DNA of 34,292 nt from Burkholderiales bacterium (GTDB lineage Bacteria; Pseudomonadota; Gammaproteobacteria; Burkholderiales; SG8-39): the NCBI GenBank assembly GCA_046263015.1, contig JBHELS010000251.1, positions 1 to 34,292 on the forward strand, read 5' to 3'. Shown one piece after another: positions 1-7,889 of this stretch (position 1 is its first letter; the number at the start of each line of letters is the position of its first letter). Made by a program: the position numbers and the translations under genes. Below the pieces are notes generated by a model, which searched no databases, had not been told where the DNA came from, and was given only the letters and a program-made list of their open reading frames with translations.

Positions 1-587
1 GACACTTCGCCCGCGAGCGCGGCGTTGACCGCCTCCGGCGTCGACTTGAACGGGATGTGCTGCAGCTTGACGTTGCCGAGCATCGCCAATACTTCGCCCG
101 AAATGTGCATCGAGGTGCCAGTGCCGCCGGAGGCGTAGGTAAGCTCGCCCGGCTTTTGCCGCGCGAGCGCGAGCAGCTCGGCGAGCGTATTGACGCCGAG
201 CGTCGGCGGCACGACGAGCACATTCGGATTGCTCGCGACGAGCACGATCGGCGTGAAGTCGCGGATCGCGTCGTACGGCAGCCCCTTATAGATCGACGGA
301 TTCGCGCCGTGCGTGCTGGAAGACGCCATAAGGAGCGTGTGGCCGTCGGGCGCCGACTTCGCCACCGCATCGGCCGCGATGTTGCCGCCGGCGCCGGCGC
401 GATTCTCGATCACGATCGGCTGTCCGAGCCGCGGCCCGAGCTTCTCGCCCACCATGCGCGTCAGCACATCGGCCGCGGCACCCGGACCGATGGTGACGAA
501 GATGCGCACCGGCTTGGATGGATAGGCCTGCGCCGCGGCGGCGAGCGACACGGCGAGCGCGGCGATAGCAACGAGCGTTCGGAACAT
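1..587 (-). CDS. Bug/TctC-family tripartite tricarboxylate transporter substrate-binding protein (C-terminus cut by window edge)
   Basis: Absent from the ORF track because it runs off the window. Reverse-strand translation from ATG 587 gives MFRTLVAIAALAVSLAAAAQAYPSKPVRIFVTIGPGAAADVLTRMVGEKLGPRLGQPIVIENRAGAGGNIAADAVAKSAPDGHTLL... This shows a signal peptide plus the ENRxGAGG motif shared with the other Bug paralogues here. AGGAGG (revcomp of 593-598) lies 5 nt upstream. Confidence 0.9.
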   Translation of the reverse strand, partial: MFRTLVAIAALAVSLAAAAQAYPSKPVRIFVTIGPGAAADVLTRMVGEKLGPRLGQPIVIENRAGAGGNIAADAVAKSAPDGHTLLMASSSTHGANPSIYKGLPYDAIRDFTPIVLVASNPNVLVVPPTLGVNTLAELLALARQKPGELTYASGGTGTSMHISGEVLAMLGNVKLQHIPFKSTPEAVNAALAGEV

Positions 588-643
588 CAGCACCTCCTCT
601 GCGGCAATAATCCGCTCAAGCGGATGACAAAGCAACGCGGACC

Positions 644-1365
644 ATGAGGCAGCAACGAGCCGTCATCATCGGCGGCTCCATCGGCGGCCTCTTTGTCGCG
701 AATCTCCTCGCGCGCGCGGGTTGGCAAGTGGAGCTCTACGACCGGGTGGCGGACGACCTCGCGGGCCGCGGCGCGGGCATCGGCACGCACGACGAGCTCT
801 TCAACGTGATGCGCGCGCTCGGCATCGCGATCGACGATTCAATCGGCGTGCAAGTTTCCGAGCGCGTGTGCCTCGCCTCGAGCGGCGAAGTGGTGCATCG
901 ACTCGCGTGGCGCCCATGTGATGACGCACTGGGTGCGCATCTACCGGCCGCTCCGCGAGCGCGTCCCGCTCGCGAGCCATCACCCGGGCCGCGCGTTCGT
1001 CGACTTCAGCGACGACGACGATGAAGTCGTGGCGCATTTCGACGATGGCAGCTCGGCGCGCGCCGACCTCCTGGTCGGCGCCGACGGCCTTCGCTCCACG
1101 GTGCGCGCCTGCCTCTTTCCCGGTCGAGCCGCGCTACGAGTTAAACGCCGACGTCGAGGCCGCGCTCAAACGCTACGCGGACCTGCGCGGCGAGTTCGGC
1201 CGGCGCTGCGTCGCCCGGGGCCGGCGCCTTGGCGCGTACATCGAGGCTCGGGCGCGGCCCGAGCGCCAATGGTCCGCCGAAGCTCTCGACCAGCGGCCGG
1301 AGCGGCTCCTGCGCGAGATCGGCGCCACCATGGCCGAAATCCCCGAGCTTTCGCACGAAGTTTGA
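644..1365 (+). pseudogene. FAD-dependent (group A flavoprotein) monooxygenase relic: two frameshifts plus an internal deletion
   Basis: ORFs 644..1024, 918..1454 and 1021..1365 each carry one consecutive piece. First the Rossmann GxGxxG (AVIIGGSIGGLFVANLLARAG), then THWVRIYRPLRE...LLVGADGLRSTVRACLFP, then the C-terminal ALKRYADLRGEFGRRCVARGRRLGAYIE. Frames switch near 915 and 1120. The middle third, including a GDAAH-type motif, is missing in all frames. Confidence 0.75.
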
Positions 1366-1450
1366 CAAGCCGATCCTTGGGTCCCGCGCAAGCGGAGTGT
1401 GACAAAAGCACGCTAATATGCGCGCACCTCGGGGAGGAGGAGCAGGAGCC

Positions 1451-2242
1451 ATGAGCCAAAAACCGACCTACCGACTCACACCGAAGGGCCGCTCGGCGCT
1501 CGCCGCAAGGGCGAGCGTGCCGGTCCCCCTCGATTGCGCCAGCATCCTCGGAATCCTCGACCGCACGAGCGATCCGCTCGTCATCCGGAGTTATCTCGCG
1601 GGTTATCTCGCTCATGTGGTCGACGACTGGCTCACCGCGTTCGAAGCCGACGGTCTCATCGAGCGCACCGCGGCCGCGCCCGCTCTGAAGCTGCCAGCGA
1701 CCTTGACACCGATCAGCGCCGTGAGCGACGAGGACATGGAGCGAGAAGTGTCCTTCGCCGACATGTCCCTCACGCGTATCGGCGTCTACATCGCGCAGGA
1801 GCGCATCGCGCGACGGACTCCGAGCAAGAAGAGCCTCGGCGACACCATCGCGCTCGTGGTCGAGGACGACCCCGACCAGCTCGCCCTCGCGCGCCTACGC
1901 CTCGCCACGGCCGGCTATACCGTCGCGGCGGCCGATAGCGTGCAGGCGCTCTACCGGTACCTCGAGCGCAATACTCCGGACGCGATCTTTCTCGACGTCA
2001 ACCTTCCCGACGGCAATGGCTTCGAGGCGCTCGCCGCACTTCGCCAGGACGAGAGGTACGCGCAGCTCCCGATCATCATGGTCACCGTGCGAAGCGACCC
2101 GCAGGACATCTCCAAGGGCCTCGCGCTCGGCGCCGAAGGCTACGTCACGAAGCCCTACGGCAAAAACACCCTCGAGTACGTGCTGCGCTCGGTGATGAAG
2201 CAGGAGCTGCCGGTCGCCGCGGAAATCCGCGCCGCCGCGTAG
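1451..2242 (+). CDS. Orphan response regulator: unknown N-terminal domain plus C-terminal CheY-like receiver
   Basis: ORF 1418..2242. ATG 1451 was chosen because GGAGGAGGAG (1433-1442) precedes it. The C-terminal ~120 aa is a receiver domain (ALVVEDDPDQ, DAIFLDVNLPDGNGFE, PIIMVTV, GAEGYVTKP). I do not recognise the first ~150 aa. Confidence 0.8.
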   Translation: MSQKPTYRLTPKGRSALAARASVPVPLDCASILGILDRTSDPLVIRSYLAGYLAHVVDDWLTAFEADGLIERTAAAPALKLPATLTPISAVSDEDMEREVSFADMSLTRIGVYIAQERIARRTPSKKSLGDTIALVVEDDPDQLALARLRLATAGYTVAAADSVQALYRYLERNTPDAIFLDVNLPDGNGFEALAALRQDERYAQLPIIMVTVRSDPQDISKGLALGAEGYVTKPYGKNTLEYVLRSVMKQELPVAAEIRAAA

Positions 2243-2381
2243 CGCTTCGATCAGTAGCTAATTCCGCGTGCCGTAACAGCGTGGCCGCGCGGTCGCCCTG
2301 AGGCCGTTCTTCTATTAAGGGCAAGCGCTCCGGCAGGTTCGCGCGACAATTGTCGCTTTGTCACCCGCAGCACCATCGATG

Positions 2382-3491
2382 CTAGAACACGACCACGCTT
2401 CGGATGGATTCACCGGCATGCATCAGGTCGAAAGCCTTGTTGATTTCCGGCAGCGTGAGCTTGTGCGTGATCAGGTCGTCGATATTGATCTTCTTTTCCA
2501 TGTACCAGTCGACGATCTTCGGCACGTCGGTGCGGCCTCTCGCGCCGCCGAACGCCGTACCCTTCCATACGCGGCCGGTGACGAGCTGGAACGGCCGCGT
2601 CTTAATCTCCTGGCCTGCGCCCGCCACGCCGATGATGGTCGAGACACCCCAGCCGCGGTGGCAGCACTCCAGGGCTTGGCGCATGAGCTCGACATTGCCG
2701 ACACACTCGAAGCTGTAGTCCGCGCCACCGCCCGTGAGCTCGACGAGGTGGGCGACCAGGTCACCTTTCACCTCCTTCGGATTGACGAAGTGCGTGAGAC
2801 CGAACTTGCGCGCGAGCGCCTCGCGCTTTGAGTTCAAATCGACGCCGACGATCATGTTGGCGCCTACCATTCTTGCGCCTTGCACGACGTTGAGTCCGAT
2901 GCCGCCGAGCCCGAACACGACGACGTTCGCGCCGGGCTGGACCTTGGCAGTGTTGATCACGGCCCCGATTCCGGTGGTGACGCCGCAGCCGATGTAGCAG
3001 ACTTTGTCGAACGGCGCGTCCTTGCGAATCTTCGCGACGGCGATCTCCGGCAACACGATGTAATTCGCGAAGGTCGAGCAGCCCATGTAGTGATGAATCG
3101 GCTTGCCGCCGATGGTGAAGCGGCTCGTGCCGTCGGGCATCACGCCTTTGCCCTGCGTGGCGCGAATCGCCGTGCAGAGGTTAGTCTTGCGCGAGAGGCA
3201 CGACTTGCATGCGCGGCATTCCGGCGTGTAAAGCGGAATGACGTGGTCGCCCTTTTGCACGCTGGTCACGCCCGGGCCGACCTCGACGACGATGCCCGCG
3301 CCTTCGTGGCCGAGGATGGAGGGAAAGAGGCCCTCGGCGTCGCTGCCTGAACGGGTGTACTCATCGGTATGGCAGATACCCGTCGCCTTGACTTCGACCA
3401 GCACCTCCCCTGCCTTCGGCCCGGTGAGCTGCACCGTCTCGATGCTCAAAGGCTTGCCCGCTTCCCAGGCTACCGCCGCGCGTATGTCCAT
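2382..3491 (-). CDS. frmA: S-(hydroxymethyl)glutathione dehydrogenase / class III alcohol dehydrogenase
   Basis: 369-aa ORF with zinc-ADH signatures: GHEGAGIVVEVG, structural-zinc Cys cluster CRACKSCLSRKTNLC, NAD fold VFGLGGIGL, and the class III-type C-terminus HAGESIRSVVVF. Confidence 0.95.
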   Translation of the reverse strand: MDIRAAVAWEAGKPLSIETVQLTGPKAGEVLVEVKATGICHTDEYTRSGSDAEGLFPSILGHEGAGIVVEVGPGVTSVQKGDHVIPLYTPECRACKSCLSRKTNLCTAIRATQGKGVMPDGTSRFTIGGKPIHHYMGCSTFANYIVLPEIAVAKIRKDAPFDKVCYIGCGVTTGIGAVINTAKVQPGANVVVFGLGGIGLNVVQGARMVGANMIVGVDLNSKREALARKFGLTHFVNPKEVKGDLVAHLVELTGGGADYSFECVGNVELMRQALECCHRGWGVSTIIGVAGAGQEIKTRPFQLVTGRVWKGTAFGGARGRTDVPKIVDWYMEKKINIDDLITHKLTLPEINKAFDLMHAGESIRSVVVF

Positions 3492-3622
3492 TTGCTCTCC
3501 TCTCGACCACTCACAGTTTGAATGAAAAAGAGGCGCGGCCGCACGCGCGCTAAGCGAAACGCCATGCGCCCTGCGAAGCGCCGACGCCGCCGCTGGCAGC
3601 GCTTCCCGTGCATCATTGCAAC

Positions 3623-3916
3623 GTGAGAGTGAGCCTCATGGTCGCGCTCCTTTTTGCGGCCCCGTGCGGGGCGCAGGAGCTTCCGGATCCGGGACGGCGC
3701 CTGTCGCAGGAGGAACTGGCCGCTGATCGCGACAAGCCGCAAGCGCCGGTGAAAGCAGGCGCCGACGCTCGCACGTCGGTGCCGACGCGCGATGCGCAGG
3801 CCTGCGAAAGCGCCCGGCGCTATTATCAGCTCGCCTGCCGTGCGCCCTACTCGCCGCAGTCGCGCAGCATGCAGTGCAATGAAGCCTACGCGATGTATCG
3901 CCAGAACTGCCCGTGA
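3623..3916 (+). CDS. Small exported cysteine-containing protein, function unknown
   Basis: ORF 3608..3916. The start is uncertain (GTG 3608, 3623 or 3629, or ATG 3638). Signal-peptide-like VRVSLMVALLFAAPCGA/QE. The mature part has 4 Cys (QACESARRYYQLACRAP...MQCNEAYAMYRQNCP). The stop overlaps GTG 3913 (GTGA). Confidence 0.5.
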   Translation: MRVSLMVALLFAAPCGAQELPDPGRRLSQEELAADRDKPQAPVKAGADARTSVPTRDAQACESARRYYQLACRAPYSPQSRSMQCNEAYAMYRQNCP

Positions 3917-3927
3917 AAGGCAACGCC

Positions 3928-4938
3928 ATGAACGTGATCGACGCGGACGGCCACGTCACCGAGACCCAGGACCAAGTGGTGAAGTATCTTGACGAGCCGT
4001 ATCGCCGGCGGCCTTCCGGCATGTTCTTCTATCCGTGGGACGGCTGGGATCGGCGCATGCTCGGCAAGTACCACGAGTTCGCCGGCACGTCGGACGCATG
4101 GCTCGCGGCGCTCGATCGCGGCGGGATGGAAATGGCGGTGCTCTATCCCACGCTCGGCCTTTTCATGTCCTTCCTCAAGGACCGGCAATGGGCGGTGGCG
4201 CTTTGCCGCGCGTACAACTCGTTCATGCATGAAGAATTCACGCGGAAGACACCGCGCCTCAAGGCCGTCGCCCTTCTGCCGCTTCAGGATCCCGAAGCGG
4301 CAGCAACCGAGCTGCGGCGCGCGGTGCGCGAGCTCGGGGCGGTCGGCGCGATGCTCGCCGCGGATGGCTCACATCTCCTCGGCGATGCACGCTTCGCGCC
4401 GATCTATGAGGAAGCCGAGCGGCTCGACGTCATGCTCGGCGTGCACGCGTCGGGCTCGCATCTCGGCGGCGGCGGGCTCGAGCTCTTTCCGTCCTTCATT
4501 CAAACGCACACCTGCTCGCACGCGTTCGGCCAGATGCGGCAGCTCACCTCGATCGTTCTCGATGGGATTCCGGAGCGTTTCCCGAAGCTGCGGCTCGCCT
4601 TTCTCGAAGCGGGCTGCGGCTGGGCGCCGTATTGGATCGAGCGGATGGACGAGGAGTACGCGAAGCGCTCATCCGAGGCGCCGGCGCTGAAGAAGAAGCC
4701 GAGCGCCTATGTGCGCGCTGGGAAGATCTATTTTTCCTGCGAGGCGGATGAGTGCCTGCTGCCGCAGGCGCTAACGCTCATTGGCGAGAACCAGATCGTG
4801 TATGCGTCGGACTATCCACACTGGGACGGAAGCTATCCGCATTCGCTCGAGGAGCTGCGCGAGCGCGAAGATCTCTCGGAAGGGCAGAAGCGGAAGGTGC
4901 TCGCCGAGAACGCGCGGCGGCTTTACAACTTCGCCTAA
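3928..4938 (+). CDS. Amidohydrolase-2 (ACMSD-like) family metal-dependent hydrolase
   Basis: ORF 3913..4938. ATG 3928 is preferred (AAAGG about 7 nt upstream), but GTG 3913 is possible. N-terminal IDADGHV and C-terminal SDYPHWDG ligand motifs are typical of the amidohydrolase-2 family. Confidence 0.85.
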   Translation: MNVIDADGHVTETQDQVVKYLDEPYRRRPSGMFFYPWDGWDRRMLGKYHEFAGTSDAWLAALDRGGMEMAVLYPTLGLFMSFLKDRQWAVALCRAYNSFMHEEFTRKTPRLKAVALLPLQDPEAAATELRRAVRELGAVGAMLAADGSHLLGDARFAPIYEEAERLDVMLGVHASGSHLGGGGLELFPSFIQTHTCSHAFGQMRQLTSIVLDGIPERFPKLRLAFLEAGCGWAPYWIERMDEEYAKRSSEAPALKKKPSAYVRAGKIYFSCEADECLLPQALTLIGENQIVYASDYPHWDGSYPHSLEELREREDLSEGQKRKVLAENARRLYNFA

Positions 4939-4939
4939 G

Positions 4940-5016
4940 CCGTCGCCCCCGCGAAGGCGGGGGCCCAGTTTCAATATGAAAACCCATCGGTCCCCGCCTG
5001 CGCGGGGACGACGGCC
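4940..5016. repeat. REPIN-like double hairpin in a convergent intergenic region (probable bidirectional terminator)
   Basis: Hairpin 1: GCCCCCGC-gaag-GCGGGGGC (4945-4964). Hairpin 2: GTCCCCGC-ctgc-GCGGGGAC (4990-5009). The outer arms CCGTCG (4940-4945) and CGACGG (5009-5014) are also complementary. It lies between the stop at 4938 (+) and the stop at 5024 (-). Confidence 0.6.
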
Positions 5017-5023
5017 GCAGGCG

Positions 5024-5407
5024 CTAGTTCAGGACGGCGTGGCCGCGACCCTTCATGCAGTTCGAGACGATCTGGCGTCGCTCGCGCGCGCCAGCGCCGG
5101 CGCCTTTAGCGCCGCCGAGGACGGCGCCGCCGCCCGCGGCCTGGCCGACCAAGTTCCTGTGGCCGGTCGCAACGGCGAGTCCCGCGCCTAGCGCAGCGCC
5201 GACGCCCGCACCGCCGACCGTGCCGGCGCCTGCGCCGGGCGCCTGCTCGGCGAGCTGCTGGCACTCGGCGAGATCGCTTTCGTAGCGCTCGGGATGCTGC
5301 GACATCTTCGGATCCACCACCGGGCGATGCGCGCCGCATCCGGCAATTGCGATCATGACGGCAGGCAGCACGACGAGAGCCGCGGTCCTCCTGATATTTT
5401 TCTTCAT
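5024..5407 (-). CDS. Glycine-zipper outer-membrane lipoprotein (17-kDa surface-antigen-like)
   Basis: Internal ATG 5407 of ORF 5024..5491 is preceded by AAGGAGGA (revcomp 5411-5418). Lipobox IAIAG|C. Gly/Ala zipper GAGAGTVGGAGVGAALGAGLAVATG. Confidence 0.8.
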   Translation of the reverse strand: MKKNIRRTAALVVLPAVMIAIAGCGAHRPVVDPKMSQHPERYESDLAECQQLAEQAPGAGAGTVGGAGVGAALGAGLAVATGHRNLVGQAAGGGAVLGGAKGAGAGARERRQIVSNCMKGRGHAVLN

Positions 5408-5580
5408 CGATCCTCCTTGTGCTCCTACCCTACCGCGAATTGGCGCGTGGCGAAAGGGCGCGCCTCCTGGCCAGTGGCGCTCGCGGTACACAACGTTACA
5501 CCTGTTGCACTTTCGCTCTTCTTTCGCGCGCGTACGCAGAGTCCAATGTCCGCGTCGTAAACACTAACTGGAGGATCGTC

Positions 5581-5877
5581 ATGTTGAAGAGGTTGATCGT
5601 TGCACTCGCCGCTCTCGGTATTTCTACGGCCGCGCTCGCGGGCGGCAAGCACCGCCATGACCATAAGCACCATGGTCATGAGCACGGCGGCAAGCACCAC
5701 GGCCATGCTCACGAGCATCACGGCCATCACGGTAGCGATAAGGGCAATCACGGCGGGCAGTACGGCGGTAATCACAACTATGGCGGCAATTACGGCGGCG
5801 ATCGCGGCAATTACGGCGATCGCTACCGTGGACGCCGCGCCGCGATCGTCGAGCCGCAGACCGTCGCATTGGTGTAA
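5581..5877 (+). CDS. Exported histidine-rich / Gly-Tyr-Asn-rich low-complexity protein (possible periplasmic metal binder)
   Basis: ATG 5581 within ORF 5419..5877, with GGAGG 7 nt upstream. Signal peptide MLKRLIVALAALGISTAALA. Then GGKHRHDHKHHGHEHGGKHHGHAHEHHGHHG followed by NHGGQYGGNHNYGGNYGGDRGNYGDRY. Confidence 0.75.
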   Translation: MLKRLIVALAALGISTAALAGGKHRHDHKHHGHEHGGKHHGHAHEHHGHHGSDKGNHGGQYGGNHNYGGNYGGDRGNYGDRYRGRRAAIVEPQTVALV

Positions 5878-5915
5878 CGAAGAAGCGTCCGGCCGGCCGC
5901 CGGCGCCAAGCGACT

Positions 5916-6395
5916 TCAGCCGGCGGCCTGGTCCGCCGGCGGCTCGCCTTCGCGAATGATGCGCTGCCACCCGTTCGGACAGTCCTTCACGTCGGGGTAG
6001 TAGGCGTTCTCCCTCGGGCAGAAGATATCGCCCGGCGTTTGCGGTGTCGGTGTGCCTTCGAATTTCTCGACGTAGATGGGCGGCAGCGCCTCGCGGGCGA
6101 CGTAGTCCGGACCGTAGTAGTAGGGCGGCGGCAGGTAGTAATAGCCGTATGGCCACGACCAGAAAAGAAACGGCCCGCCAATGAAGAAGACGCTGTGTCC
6201 ATGGTGCCTGAAAGGCGTGGGCGCCCCCGTCATGGGAAGGGGGCGCGAGAAGCGCGAAAAGGCGCCGCTACGCGCGGCCGAGGCACCGGCGCCGGAGAAG
6301 CGCGAGGCGGAGCGCCGGCCCGCGGCCCAGCTCTCGTCCGTCGCGAGGAGCGCGACCGCCGCGGCGAGAGCGATTCCTATCGTCCGTACTCTCAT
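5916..6395 (-). CDS. Exported Tyr/Pro-rich protein with C-terminal Cys motif, function unknown
   Basis: ATG 6395 with AAAGGAAA upstream. Signal peptide MRVRTIGIALAAAVALLATDESWA. WSWPYGYYYLPPPYYYGPDY segment. C-terminal FCPRENAYYPDVKDCPNGWQRI. It starts 15 nt downstream of the M20 peptidase stop on the same strand. Confidence 0.7.
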   Translation of the reverse strand: MRVRTIGIALAAAVALLATDESWAAGRRSASRFSGAGASAARSGAFSRFSRPLPMTGAPTPFRHHGHSVFFIGGPFLFWSWPYGYYYLPPPYYYGPDYVAREALPPIYVEKFEGTPTPQTPGDIFCPRENAYYPDVKDCPNGWQRIIREGEPPADQAAG

Positions 6396-6410
6396 TTTCC
6401 TTTGACCGCG

Positions 6411-7787
6411 CTACTTCTCGCCAAGATCCCAATATACCCCCGCCATGATGCCGAGCGCCTCGCGCGCGACCGGCGCAAGGAGATGCTCGTTCGGCGCATG
6501 CTGCGAGCAGGCGGCATAGGAGTGCGGAATCCACACCGTGGGAAGCCCGAGGATGTCGGCGAAGACCTCGTTAGGCAGCGACCCGCCGAGGTTCGGCAGA
6601 ATGGCGGGCTTGCTGCCGGTGGTCCGCTCGATGGATGCCGCGGTCCATTTGACCCATGGCGACTCGGGGTCGAGGCGCGTTGCGTAGAAGACGGCTTCGC
6701 GCGCAGGCTCGACCTTCACCATCGGAAAGCCCGAGCGCTCGAGATGGCGCCGCAGCGCCGGGAGGATGTCGTTCGGATCGATGCCCACGACGTAGCGAAG
6801 CTGGCAGGTCGCGCGCGCTAGTCCCGGGATGGCGTTGACCGGTCGCTCGGGATTGCCCGTGACGAAGGCGAGGACCTCGAAGCTCGACCAGCCGAAGACG
6901 CGCTCTGGCGGCGTGAGACCCGGCTCGCCCCAACCCTCGTCGATCGAGGGACCGTCGTCGCCACCGGAGACTTCGAGATCGGCGAGCGCGCGGCGCACGG
7001 ACGGGGTGAGCGTGCTCGGCCGCCATTCGGGCACGCGGATTGAGCCGCGGGCATCGGTGATCGAGGCAATGGCATGCGCAAGGACAATGCCGGGATTCGC
7101 GAGCAGGCCGCCCCAGTTGCCCGAGTGATGCGCAGCTTGGCGCAAATCGACGGTCAGGTGGAAATTCAACGCGCCGCGCGTGCCGAGGTAGATGGTCGGG
7201 CGCTGCGGCTGAAGCCGCGGGCCGTCCGAGGAGATGAGCACATCGGCGCGAAGCAGCGCCTGGTTCGCCTCGCAGAATTCCTTAAGTCCGGGCGAGCCCA
7301 TCTCTTCGCCGGTCTCGATCAAAACCTTCAGGTTGAAGCCGAGCTTGCCGCGCGTGCGTAGCACGGTCTCGATCGCCGCGAGGTTGATCGTGTGCTGGCC
7401 CTTGTTGTCGGCCGTGCCGCGGCCATAGATGCGTTCGCCCTCCTGCTTTAGCGTCCAGGGCCCGAGTCCCGGGCGCCATTCGTTTTCCTGTCCGCGAATG
7501 ACATCGCCGTGTCCGTAGAGGAGCACGGTCGGGCGTTTCGGATCCTCGATCAGCTCGGCGACAAGGAAAGGTCCGCCCTTGCCCTTCGGATTCGCGAAGA
7601 TGCGGCTTTGCAGGCCGAGACGCGCAAGGCTCTCCGACATTTCGATGTCGAGGTAGCGCTCGAGCTCGCTCTGGCGCTCCGGGTTCTGGCTCTCGGTCGG
7701 GATGGCAACGCGCCGCGCGAGGTCGGCGTGGAAGCCGCCGGAGTCGAAGTACTTGTGCGCGGCTTCAATGGCGGTCTGTCGGCTCAT
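6411..7787 (-). CDS. M20-family metallopeptidase / dipeptidase
   Basis: 458-aa ORF. LLYGHGDVIRGQ, WTLKQEGERIYGRGTADNKGQ and IETGEEMGSPG are the classic M20 metal-ligand and catalytic motifs. Confidence 0.9.
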   Translation of the reverse strand: MSRQTAIEAAHKYFDSGGFHADLARRVAIPTESQNPERQSELERYLDIEMSESLARLGLQSRIFANPKGKGGPFLVAELIEDPKRPTVLLYGHGDVIRGQENEWRPGLGPWTLKQEGERIYGRGTADNKGQHTINLAAIETVLRTRGKLGFNLKVLIETGEEMGSPGLKEFCEANQALLRADVLISSDGPRLQPQRPTIYLGTRGALNFHLTVDLRQAAHHSGNWGGLLANPGIVLAHAIASITDARGSIRVPEWRPSTLTPSVRRALADLEVSGGDDGPSIDEGWGEPGLTPPERVFGWSSFEVLAFVTGNPERPVNAIPGLARATCQLRYVVGIDPNDILPALRRHLERSGFPMVKVEPAREAVFYATRLDPESPWVKWTAASIERTTGSKPAILPNLGGSLPNEVFADILGLPTVWIPHSYAACSQHAPNEHLLAPVAREALGIMAGVYWDLGEK

Positions 7788-7889
7788 AGCGACGGATTGT
7801 GCTGGGAAAAACCGACCCTGTCTCGGTCTGTCATCCGTATCGCGGTTCGTGCGTTATAGGAAGCTGCAGTAATAACCACAGGAGGAAGT

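Noticed and set aside
57-647. 196-aa ORF on the + strand at the left edge
   Set aside because: Arg/Ala/His-rich nonsense composition. It is the antisense shadow of the well-supported Bug gene on the minus strand (1-587).
5408-5580. Possible sigma-54 promoter or regulatory hairpin in the 173-nt divergent region between the lipoprotein and His-rich genes
   Set aside because: No GG-N10-GC spacing fits TGGCAC-N5-TTGC. Only a weak GGCGCG/CGCGCC stem is present, which is not enough to call.
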